Source: Eremomyces bilateralis CBS 781.70 (lineage: Eukaryota). Taken from it: 64,000 nt of DNA. A program made the position numbers and the translations under genes. A model generated the notes under the pieces. It worked only from the letters and a program-made list of their open reading frames with translations. It searched no databases and was not told where the DNA came from. Every line of letters starts with the position of its first letter. Positions within the stretch are counted from its first letter, which is position 1. Positions 53,176 through 64,000 of the stretch are shown one piece after another. Where the stretch lies: the NCBI GenBank assembly GCA_010015585.1, contig ML975170.1; one strand, given 5' to 3'.

Positions 53176-54523
53176 GGCGGCGGCGATAGGGTTCAGACGG
53201 GGACTGATTGATTAGTAGGATTAGACGGACTTGTGATGAATTGAAACTTTTTGAGACCTGCTCCAGCCTGGACTGCTTGATTTAGCCAGGCGACAATTGA
53301 TGGATGAGCGATGAAATGGCGTAGAAGGGAAGAAGGAAGACGACGAGGGCGGGATGAAGGTGATTGGTGGGATAGATGGTCGGAGGTGGAGGGGTGAGCA
53401 AATAGAAGTGAGAGGTGGGTTGGATATAAAGAAGCGGTATGAAGCTAGAGAAGTGGTAAGGAGAAGAAGTAAAGAGGCGATGGAAGGGAAGTGGAGGAAG
53501 AAGTAACTGGGGGAAGGGGATGAAAGGTGAGACTGGTGAGAAAGAAGTTGGAAAGGTTAAGGAAATGTAAGGTGAGAGAGTTAAGGTGAGAAGTTCCTGG
53601 GTTAGAGGCGGAGGGTTAGACAAGGTGATGGTGGTAAGGCGTCACGAATGAACCAAACACTTGACTGCCCGGAGTTGAGTGAGTGCATGGGTTTGGAAGA
53701 GTGGAAGTGTCGACTGTGGAGAGTTGGTTAGGATTGGGTTAAGGCGGAACCGAGATCGGCTAGACCGGTGATGGAATGCATTGATTGGCTGAAAAAAGCA
53801 AGGCTTGCAGGAACGGGGTAAGGCCAGGGATTCCGTGCGGGTGAGGTGGAGTCGCTCTACCAGCTGAGGCTACCACTGCGATATGAATTTGATGTTCTAC
53901 GGAGTACACATTACTATGATTGATTAATGATTATTCCGTACTCCGTACATCAGTACGATTGAGGACTTTCACTCTTATACAGAACTGATACCAAATCAGC
54001 AGATTACCCGTAGATCGCATAGAATTATTGAAATTCCGTTCCACCGGCCCTCGGCAATAAGGCAAAGGCAATGAGGCGTGTAGTTCTGTCTTCTGATGGA
54101 TGGCACGGCACGGATCAAGGTGGGTGGCTGGTGGGGCGTAGTAGGGTAGTCACGTGAAATAGAGTGGCTGGGCTGAATCGGAACTTACCGCCAGATCCCG
54201 ATGATTAGCTAATGAATTAATCATGTGCTTCACCAGTCCGAGCAAACATTGCTGCCTTGTAGCCCTGTGGCCCAATATAGTCACGTGCATCTCCCAGGAA
54301 GCTACCTCATGCCTTGCTGCCTTGATGCCTAAGACGAAGCTCGTGCATCACAGGAAAATTGATCGCGACTCTGATACGCGACATTTCAGTTGTTGAAGCT
54401 GGAAAGAAGTTGAAGTTATACCTTGTGGAGGAACCAAATCTCACCCGTCCCTTTAACAGAGAACTACAAACCCTTCCTTAATACCATACCCCAATACAGT
54501 CCACCGTTTCCATCTCATCCACC

Positions 54524-56357
54524 ATGCAGGCTCCAGTCGTTGTCCTCAGTACGTGCTCTCCAACCACATCCCCTTCCGCCCTGAACTCGAAGCTGACCGT
54601 TCCATCCAGATACCGGAGGTGGGGATAGACAGATAGGTCGAAAAGCCCAGATGTCAAACATTACCGCCGCAAAAACGTGAGTGGCCTCCGTCCGATCAGG
54701 ATGAACCTAGCTAAATCGAATCCAGCGTTGCCGACATTATTCGATCATGTCTCGGGCCCAAGGCGATGCTGAAGATGCTCCTCGACCCCATGGGCGGCAT
54801 CGTGCTCACCAACGACGGTCATGCCATATTACGGGAGATAGAGGTGTCGCACCCTGCCGCAAAGAGCATGATCGAGTTGAGCAGAACCCAAGACGAAGAA
54901 GTTGGAGACGGCACCACCACCGTCATCATTCTAGGTATGGCCCGTAGAGACATCGTCGATTCACCCTGTTGACGCCAACATAGCGGGCGAGATCCTTGCC
55001 CAAGCTCTTCCGCAGCTGGAACGAAACATCCACCCCGTCGTCATCATCTCTGCCTTCAAACGAGCGCTCGCCGATGCCCTCATCATCGCCGAAGAAGTCT
55101 CAAAACCGGTCGACATCAAAAATGATGAAGCCATGTACTCGTTAATATCCGCCTCCATCGGCACAAAGTTTGTTTCGCGGTGGTCGAAACTCATGTGCAG
55201 TCTTGCCTTGAGCGCCGTGCGGACGGTCGCCTTTGAGCTGGGCGGGAAGCCTGAGGTGGATATCAAACGATATGCTCGCGTGGAGAAAGTCCCCGGTGGC
55301 GAGATTGAGGATTCAAGAGTGCTGAATGGCGTCATGTTGAACAAGGACATCACACATCCGAAGATGAGGCGGTTAATCAAGAACCCCAGGATCATCCTGC
55401 TGGATTGCCCATTGGAGTACAAGAAGGGGGAGAGCCAGACGAACATCGAGATCACGAAGGAGGACGATTGGAATCGGATATTGCAAATCGAGGAGGAGCA
55501 GATCAAGTCCATGTGTGATGCTATCCTGGCCGTGAAACCGGACCTCGTCATTACCGAGAAGGGAGTCAGCGGTAAGTCTTTGCCGTTCTATATTTACCTG
55601 CTTTTTGATCTAACATTCATTGCCAGACCTTGCCCAGCATTTCTTCATGAAAGCCAACATCACTGCGATCCGCCGCGTCCGCAAGACCGACAACAACCGT
55701 ATCGCTCGCGCGGTCGGCGCCACCATCGTCAACGACGTGCACAACCTCCAACCGTCCGACGTCGGCACCGGCTGCGGGCTATTCGAAATATCCAAGATCG
55801 GCGACGAATACTTCACCTTCCTGACCGAATGCACGGACCCCAAGGCATGCACCATCCTTCTCCGCGGTCCCAGCAAAGACATCCTGAACGAGATCGAACG
55901 CAATCTCCACGATGCCATGGGCGTCGCACGGAACGTCATGTTCCACCCGCGACTCAGCCCCGGAGGTGGAGCGACGGAGATGGCCATTGCGGTGGGCTTG
56001 GAGCGGAGGGCGAAGAGCATCGAGGGCGTCGCACAGTGGCCCTACCGCGCCGTTGCGGAGGCGATGGAAGTCATTCCCCGTACTCTGATCCAGAACGCCG
56101 GTGGCTCACCGATCCGAGTCCTCACGCAGTTGCGAGCCAAGCATGCCGAGGGCGGGTCCAGCTGGGGCGTGGATGGAGACAAGGGCATCATCGCCGATAT
56201 GAAGGAATATGGCGTGTGGGAGCCACAAGCGGTCAAGATGCAAAGCATCAAAACCGCTGTGGAGAGCGCCTGTTTACTACTGCGAGTGGACGATATCGTT
56301 GCCGCGAAGTCCGCGAAGCAGGCAAGCGGTCCGATTGGAGGAGGTGGAGAGGAATAG
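54524..56357 (+). CDS. CCT3: T-complex protein 1 subunit gamma (chaperonin CCT3), 5 exons
   Basis: MQAPVVVL start, RSCLGPKAMLKMLLDPMGGIVLTNDGHAILREI, GDGTTT, LEYKKGESQTNIEI and RRVRKTDNNRIAR; four canonical introns. Confidence 0.97.
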
Positions 56358-56847
56358 ACTTCGAGATCCCGCCTGTACTCATACTAGATATCTGGAAGCG
56401 ATGCGCCTCTACAACAGGATAAATAAATGAACTGCAGGAGGCCACACGAGCTGGAGTCACTGGTCTGCATTGAACCTAGGCACAAATCACGCAACAAGCG
56501 CATGAGGACACCTGCAAATTTTGAACCTGACCAATTGTTCCATGGATCGAGAATCTGTACATCACAGTAACCATTTCGCTTGTCCATGCAAGACCCCATC
56601 GCTGTGCAAAGAATGCCTCCCGCAAGGCAGGAAAGGCAGTGGACACCCAGCCCTGAATATTAAACATTTTCCTCAGAATTAATCCCTCAGACGCCTCAGC
56701 GCCCCATTCATATTTACATTAAGCCCAAGCCAGCACACAATATCGATCCAGACAAACAAAACCTCAACTAGGCGAAATAACCGGCCATGCTCTGCGTATC
56801 TCCAAGGACAGGGCTCTTGGAGAATCAGCAACCCCAACGCTATAGGC

Positions 56848-57150
56848 TCGATCCAGGAGTGTAAATGCCCGCAAGGAGAATGGCAAGAGTAGAACACTAA
56901 ATGGTACGGTATCCGGGAGTTCAATCGCACAATGCGAGACCAGTCTGGAAAAGCGGAACAGTGTAGATTCGATCCGGGAGTTCAATCGCACAAGGCGAGG
57001 CCAGCATCCGGAAAGCGAAACAGTTGCAGGGTCGGTCCAGGAGCTCATCGCACAGGACGAGACCAACATCCGAAGAACTGCAGAAGAAGTTCGATCCGGG
57101 AGTTCAATCGTACAAGGCGAGATCAACATCTGGAGGAGAACTGCGGAATA
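56848..57150. repeat. Degenerate tandem repeat, 5 units of 59-63 bp
   Basis: Core (A/G)TCC(G/A)GGAG...TCG(C/T)ACAAGGCGAG starts at 56851, 56911, 56972, 57035 and 57094; the first copy is the most degenerate. Confidence 0.85.
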
Positions 57151-57340
57151 GCGTTTTGTACTTTGACAGAGAGGACGGTCCACCGGTTTAGATGGCATAG
57201 GGAGTGAGAGAGAGGATTCCATGACATGGATTTCGTTTTGACCGCCCAGTAATACCCAAACATATCCACTAACGCACTCCCATTCGTTCCATCATAATCG
57301 TTTCGAATGACCATTCAACACTTCGGAGGCAGGCGTTGAC

Positions 57341-60300
57341 TCAGTCTGACTCGAGTTCGAGTTCGGGCAAGTGCTTCTTGACGGCGTCCATGACCTTGAC
57401 GTACTTCTTCGGAGTGAGCTGCTTGTCCTCAATCTCCTCCCCGTCGGTGTCAAACAATCCCATCAACCGCTTGATCACGGCCCGGTCATATGCATCATCC
57501 TCATCGATGCCGATATCGCTGTCATCGTCCTCGTCCCCCTTGCTGACGTTGCGTAGGGCGCTGCCTTTCGCAGGCTTGAACTTTTCGGCGTTCCGACGAG
57601 CCTTCTCGATGGCTTCTTCTTCCGCGGCGTTGGGCTTCTTGAGGTGGTCCAGCCCACCGGTGACGATATCCCACCATTCTTCCGGCGTGATGGCGTCATC
57701 GGAGTCAGTGGGTGAGAGGGGACCGGCCCCATCATAGTAGTCTTCGATATCGAAGTCCGAGCCATCGGTGGAAATGCCATCGAGAGCATCAACGCTCTCA
57801 GTATCTTCGGTGTCGATTTCTTCCTCTCTGAGGATAATAGCGGAAGAATCAATTTGAGCAGCAGATTTCGGGGTAGTGGTAGCTTTGGCATCAGTGGTGG
57901 GCGTCACGGAGACCTTGGTAGAAACACCATTTGCCTGCGGTTTCGGCGCGCTCAGTGTCGACGGAAGCTGCGTTTGGTTTGCATACATGGGTTGCTCAGG
58001 AGTACCAGGGGTAGCGTGTTCATCGTACTCGGAAATCGTAGCATCCAGCATCGAAGAGTCTTCGGCGTCCCCCTCAGGAACGCAGAATGACCCGGAGCCT
58101 GAGACATGGCCTGTCTTCAAAAACTTCTTCTTTTCCGTAGGCGACCACTCTGCGAGATCCGAAGCATCCTCATTCACCCCGTCGCCTGGGTTGTAGGGAG
58201 CGAGCTCGCGGCCGGTGGGGCTACCTGTAAAGACGTTTTCGCTGCTGGAAGGCTCCTCTTGAGGTCTGTCCCATGTGTGTCGGTAGCCGGGCGTTCCAGG
58301 AGTGGGCCATGAATAGCCTGGCGTAGGGGTCGACGCGGTGTACGCACTCATATCAGCCACGGTGGAAGGGGTTTGCGTGGTTCGGCGAATTTTCCCGCTC
58401 TTAGGTGAAAAGAAGCGGACGGATTTTGCAGTGCTCTGTCCGAGTCGTGCCTTCTTGACGGGAGGTGTCATGGTTGAGTTATCAGACACCGTGACCATGC
58501 TGTTGTCACCAAAGTACTTGTCATTCATACCGAATCCGCCTTTGGGGTTGGGGATCTGTTTGAGTGTGTTGACATTCACACGCTTTCGCTTCGAGGTCTT
58601 CGGCATGGGGTCGGAGTAATCCGACTGTTCGACCAGGCTATCATCGGTGTCAAAGTATCGCTCATCCATTCCAAAGCCATCCTTGGGGTTCGGAATTGCC
58701 GAAAGCTCCGATATCTTAACAAGCCGTTTGCCTGGAGTAGCAGTGCGTCGAAGGATGGAATTCGGCTTCGTCGCAATGGGGGTGGCAAGCACAAGCTCCT
58801 TTTGCACTACGGTACCAGTACGCTCATCCCAGTAGAACTCGTCTTGCTTCTCGGAGATGATGGCATCGATGTACTGTTTGACAATCCGAGGGATTTCCTC
58901 TTCCTCGATCGGCTTCAAGTGTCGAACCAAGCGTCGCTCGGTGTTCAGGTATTCCGCCTCGGTACCGATGTCTCTATCGCGCATTCTGAAGGATAGACCG
59001 GCATTGTTCATCTCGTCAATCGTATCGCCGATTGCCCTCTGATGCAGTTCTTTAAGGATTTCTTGAAGGAGCTCTTTGTCCTTTTTGGAGGGCTTCAGTT
59101 TCATGAATTGCTGGAACAAGTGGTCGGCCATCTGTTTTCGTGTTGTTCGCACCGAAGTCCGGTGATGTAGATCATTTTTCGTAGACTCCCACGGATCAAT
59201 TTCGGGTTCGTTCGCGATCCTGGTTAGCTTTCGCTTGGGGTAGGGGGTAGACGGCTGCCTCCTAGGGAAACCGTGGGACGGTTGACCATTCACATGGCGG
59301 GAGATGCTGGAAGCTGGGGACTGCTCGACATCTTCCATCGTGGTGTCAATAGATGTCAGTACCTTCGCAGGCTGAGATGCTGGAAGTTGTTGAGGCGTGC
59401 GCTTGAAGGTTGGGGTGAATGATCCCAATGTACGCGCCACAAGTGATGCGGCGTTCCCAAATAACGAGGCTCGAGCTTGAGGGGGGGTAGATGGAGCCCT
59501 CGGGGCATAATTCTGGGTATGATGTTCGGTATGGAGGGCTGGTGTGGGAGTGGTTTGGTCGGAAAGGATCGAAGTATCAGTGCTGGTGACGCTCAGCATG
59601 GTCTCTTCCAACATTGATTCAGTCTGCGGCTCTAAATGTCCGTTTGCAATGACCTGCTCCGGTTGATTTGAGAGACTCGAGCGTTGCAAGGGCGATGAAT
59701 CAAGAGTCTTTTCGGGTCTTTGAAGCGGGTCCACTCCGTTCGTGGAAGGTGTGGGAGGCAAACTTGGGGAAGTCGGAATGTGGCCATCCGAGTCGGGTGC
59801 GTTATCCGAAGATGGGGTATGTGTGGTTATTGGTAGACTTGGTGTTCCAGAGGCTGAACTCATGCTTGGTGCAGGGGAACTTTCGGGTTCGCCAGATTCG
59901 ATTTGGAGGACTACATTGTCCAATGCGTGGTTTCCTCCCGGAGTCACCACCTCGTTGCCTCGGATAAAGCGTTTGAGAGGTGTGAAAAAATCGGCAAGGA
60001 CAGAAAATTTAGCCCTCGGTATCAGAATCTTGCGTCCACGCAAGGTCGAATCATCCGCCTTCTGAACCGGTGTTGACGGCTTCTGATGCTGTAACAGTAG
60101 AAATATTAGCGATGATTCCTCTCGAGAGCATTCCAATGATCGCTCACCTCTTGCAATTCATTGAATTCTCGCATCAACTGGTCCGATGGAGAGGTCAGCT
60201 TTCGTTCGGCCTCCCTCACTGGAGCAAACAGATCTTTTGCTCCAGTTCTCCTGAACTTGGCGGCGCGGTCATCGGGGGTAGGGTCGCCAAGCGATCGCTT

Positions 60301-61309
60301 GTTGGAGGACGTCAGATTACGGTTGACTACGACAGAAGCGTTAGCGGTGGTCCAAAGCAACTGTAACGACCCACGTAATGTAACAGCGATGAGATATGAA
60401 AGTGAAATCAAAGGTGATCGATCTATATTTAGTAGGGCAGGATCTTGTGCGCACTCTTCTCAGTCGACTCTGGTGAGTTGACATTGTTCCTTTTGTTGGG
60501 GGTTGGGGAATCGCTTTGCTGAATCGGAGTTATGTTGATGTTATTTGCGACAACGCTTGGGCTCTGTGGGCTATTCCCGGAGTTTGCTACGACCGACGGG
60601 GATGAGAAGAAGGTGCCGTGGAGAATTGAACTGGGGGTGTTGGGAGTTTGCGGCGAACTCAGAGGCTCACTGAGAGGCTCAAGGGACTTGTGACGATTCG
60701 GAAAGGCCTTACGTAGGAGTTGTTGCTGAGCGAAACGAGTCGTGGGACGCTCGGATGGGGTTGGAGAGGCCTCATGGGGAGGAGACTCGGCGGCCTTGAC
60801 CAGCACTCCATTGGCGCGATTCGCGTTCTCTTGCGACGCATCCGGTTCCACGGAGATGGACTTGGCAGTTCGTGGTTTCCGTTGGGTATGGGTGTCTTTG
60901 AGTTCTTGAAGGGGTGAGGCCCCGGGTTTCGTGGCCAGCGATCGAGTGGTTCGACGGGTGTACGGAACACTCTGCGCGTGGGCCGCGCGCTTGCTGACTT
61001 TGGGCATACTGTTAGCACGCCAGAAATATGATGGCTAGGAGAGGCGAGGATGGGAGAAGAATCGACGGCAATAGCTTCGGTTGCAACGAATAAAGATACA
61101 GCCGATCGTCCTTTGTTTGTAAGAGGAAGAGAGGAAATGAGAAAGAAATGGAGAGAAAGGCGAGAGAAGTTGAGACGAAAGGGTTGTTTACCTGGAGTGG
61201 CCAGTGAAGTGTTATCACGATTGCTGCTTTTGCTGCTGCTGCTGCTGCTGTTGTTGTTGACGCGGTTACTGTGAGCCCTATGGGCAGGTGAAGCAGAGGG
61301 TCCGGACAT
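57341..61309 (-). CDS. Large low-complexity hypothetical protein (~1200 aa, 4 exons), probably nuclear
   Basis: Phase-consistent introns 61191-60998, 60454-60327 and 60147-60089. Bipartite-NLS-like KRSLGDPTPDDRAAKFRR, duplicated IPNPKxGFGMxxxYF motif and acidic C-terminus. Confidence 0.7.
61221..61260. repeat. Compound (CAA)n/(CAG)n microsatellite in the first exon
   Basis: ttgctgcttttgctgctgctgctgctgctgttgttgttga on the + strand, read as NNNSSSSSS on the - strand. Confidence 0.8.
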
Positions 61310-61635
61310 GATTCACATGCACCAGCGGGCGATGGCAGTGAATGAAGACAAGGCATGAGGGCATTCAGAACGATTTCATCAAGTTTCGCGATGTCCATGT
61401 CTCCTCTGACGAACAGTCTAACTACTTCAGGAACGAGTTGCCGTATTACTAAGTATCTAAGAATTCTGTTATCCCTGCTGCTCACTCCGGTTGCGTGGCT
61501 CCACTCCCGCCATCGGCCATAGAAACTTGGAGCGAGCCGCGAAACCCGAAGTTTAGCCGTCAGACAGTTTGCGGTTGACGGTTGGTGCCTGATGAGCTGC
61601 ACTTCATGTGCTTTCAGTTGTCTCAGGCTCTTAGC

Positions 61636-64000
61636 GGGTGAAGCTCCTTTCACACCCCGCTGTGCTCCATTCACACCCGCCACCCCGCTCCATTCACACC
61701 CTACCTGGTCACATGACATACCAATCCCTTCGAATATCTGACGCAGATTGGGATGGTCCAGTATATGATGCTTTATACGAGTCAAGCCGACCATTCTGCG
61801 TTCAAACTCTGTAATTCAATGTATCTAATCGTACAGAGGATCACGGACGATCAAATATGCTAACTTAGGTCCCCGTTTCACTCAAAAGAAGCTGGCATAA
61901 GGCCGCTGATGCGCTCTTGGATGAGATCGCTGAATGACGTCTCCCCTGGTCGATAGTTCCCAAGTAACCTTCGTGCTTCTTCCGTAATTACCTGCCGGTC
62001 CATCTGTGGCGGAGGGGCTGGCTGGGGCTGTGCTCCTCTAACCGATCTTTGGTGTCGCAATGGTGTTGCACGTACCTGTTCGAAGGCAGACGGGAGTCGA
62101 CGTGAAGAAGGGTTGTTTGGCCGGTCTCTTAGTCCAGGAGGAAGTCGTGCCATAGCTGGATCGCGTACTGTCGCGAAGGATCCGGGTGGTGGGAGTGTAG
62201 GTAGCTTGTAAAACCAATAGGAGTCGATCATAGGAAGCTGGATTTTCGTATTTTGTGATAGATAATGTCGAATAGAATGGAAGCAAGGAAGTCCAAGAGA
62301 GGTCTGATATATGTGTGTGCACGGAGACTGGTTCGAGTAATCTCCTGAGTTCTCTTCATTTCTCTGTCGCCGCTCTTCATCTCTCCGTCGACGTTCTTCA
62401 AGCCTGATTCGAATGATACTTCGATACATCTTCTTAAGCGCTTGCGGAGAAACATGTTAGATCACTTCCGGAGAGAAAACGGCGCGATACTTCGGATTGA
62501 CACGGATTGCAGAGTCCTCCATTGCGACAGTAGCCTCATGGTTTGTACGACGGATTGAGTGCGTTAATTGATCGATAGTATTCATTATATCGCCTCGTCG
62601 AAGCGTGATCCGTCACTTAATAGTTGCATAAGAACTCTCGGCCCTCGATGTCGTACGATGTCCAAAGTTGCGATGCAGGTTTGTCCATGCAGCAGACCAG
62701 AGGTGTCGCGTATCGTAATGTTCGTGCCGGAAGTATTCGATGATATCTGTTTGGATTGAATAGGTAGTGCAGATTTGACGAAATATCCGCTCAAATTCAT
62801 CCTCTGTTTTGGCATAGATAAGCTGTTGGAAGGCTTGGAAGAGATCTGTCCTATATTGTGCGACCTCATCATCACTCAGACCGTCCGGTCGAACAAAGTG
62901 ACGCGAACTAGAGATGCGTGTCTGCCAATTACGCTCAAGGTGCCAAATGCAGAGCTGATGGGATGCCTCTGGGTATATTCTACCCACTGCTTTCACAAGA
63001 GCACCGTCTTTGTCAGTGATGATTAACTTTGGGAGGCGGAGGTCCCCCATTTGGTTTCGAAGGCATGTCAGAGCCCAGATATAATCTTCCTCCTGTTCCC
63101 TCGCAAGAAAGCAGAAGGCTATATTAAAGTTCTGACCGTTCGCAGTGACTCCGATGGCATTTAGAAGGGGAAGGCTCCACTTGTTTGTACGGTACGTACA
63201 ATCGAGAAGGAGGACATCGGGATGTCTTTGAGCAAGATCGTGGGAGGTTCGATGCATGAAGAAAAGGCGGTGTAGTCGGTCCTCTGTATCGATCGAATGT
63301 GCCGATGAGATATACTCATCTTTTTTAAGCAGCTCCTGAAGAATGGCCTGCGTTGATGTCATTCCATTCAAGCGCTCTAGTTTCTTGCGTGACCGGATAT
63401 TTCGTATTTCTCTGGACCGGATGTTTAACGTAGATGGGCACTCTCGTAGCATAAGCGCAAGGATATCGCTAGGAGAATTTCCTGCCTCTGAGAGCTCAAC
63501 GACCTGGTTAACCCGCGATGGAGATAGCTTCCGATGTACCCGATGGCCACGAGAAGAAAGGAGGGCGTGGTTATGACGAGAATCTTTGACTCTAAGGATC
63601 CAGGCTTCGAGAGATTTATCCAGGCGGACGATGACCTCCCATTCACAGTTATCGCGTAATGATCTCGTCTCCCGAGCTCTTCCTTTACATTCATACCGGC
63701 CGTGGCGGTCACAAGTGATCCAGTACTTCGTTTTCTCTGTCCTATTACCTTAGTTGTCTTTCTTTGAACGATTAACCCGAATACCAAAGTTGTGTTGCTT
63801 TGAAAAGGTAAGAATATCTTCCCACGCCTGTTGAAATGTAGGCCATCCGACTGGCGGTTGATGAGGAATAAGATGAGCTGGTTCCTCAGCCTGCGGAGGA
63901 GTAGCCTCATCCTGTCTTGGTAGACCACTAGTATCGCCAATAATCTCATCGATAGGAATATAGCTACTTCTCGACTGAAATGAACGATTCGTATCGGTAT
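61636..64000 (-). mobile_element. Mutator-like (MULE) DNA transposon, truncated by the window end; left boundary approximate
   Basis: Contains a transposase pseudogene. Three GCTCC(A/T)TTCACACCC repeats at 61643, 61664 and 61687 are probably within the TIR or subterminal region. Confidence 0.85.
61878..64000 (-). pseudogene. MULE transposase with three in-frame premature stops
   Basis: One frame encodes a FAR1/WRKY-like domain (YWITCDRHG...NCEW...HNH), the MULE DDE core (LLLDCTYRTNKWSLPL, IITDKDGAL, LCIWH, TTSRAES) and a SWIM-like motif (CTHIYQTSLGLPCFH). Stops: TAA 63752-63750, TGA 62615-62613, TAA 62459-62457. Confidence 0.92.

Noticed and set aside
56848..57150. CRISPR-like repeat/spacer appearance
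   Set aside because: The host is eukaryotic, there are no cas genes, the repeats are degenerate and the 'spacers' resemble each other.
60423..60454. 32-nt mini-intron or gene break at the TAA ending ORF 60429..61007
   Set aside because: A single 128-nt intron (60454-60327) with a GCTAAC branch point restores the frame.
1..64000. tRNA or 5S rRNA genes
   Set aside because: By eye I found no cloverleaf with paired A/B boxes; tRNAscan-SE would be needed to exclude intron-containing tRNAs.

Overview
Filamentous-ascomycete (Pezizomycotina-type) genomic DNA with short GT-AG introns and CTRAC branch points. Recognisable genes: a partial CCCH zinc-finger gene, an Mks1-like DUF1752/DUF3295 regulator, RNA polymerase III largest subunit (RPC1/RPO31), an FHA-domain tail-anchored protein, a DHA1-type MFS transporter, isocitrate lyase, DEAD-box helicase HAS1, a ~1.8-kaa conserved disordered protein, an SIS-domain sugar isomerase-like protein, a CWC16-family splicing factor (Saf4/CCDC130-like), chaperonin CCT3 and several hypothetical proteins. 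The right end holds a Mutator-like (MULE) transposon whose transposase carries three stops consistent with C-to-T change. The most notable hidden feature is a ~2.1-kb highly structured non-coding segment (~14260-16405, + strand) in the gene-free gap next to RPC1. It has the layout of a fungal telomerase RNA: a TTAGGG template (AACCCUAAC) abutted by a boundary helix, an arm and a pseudoknot-like segment, a core-enclosing helix, long-range arms and a candidate AU-AG terminal intron. Other oddities are a probable 69-aa DnaJ-type zinc-finger microprotein, a 5-copy ~61-bp stem-loop repeat, a long structured intron splitting a zinc finger and an over-represented intergenic 9-mer (TACTCCGTA). All pairings, counts and splice models were read by eye, not computed.
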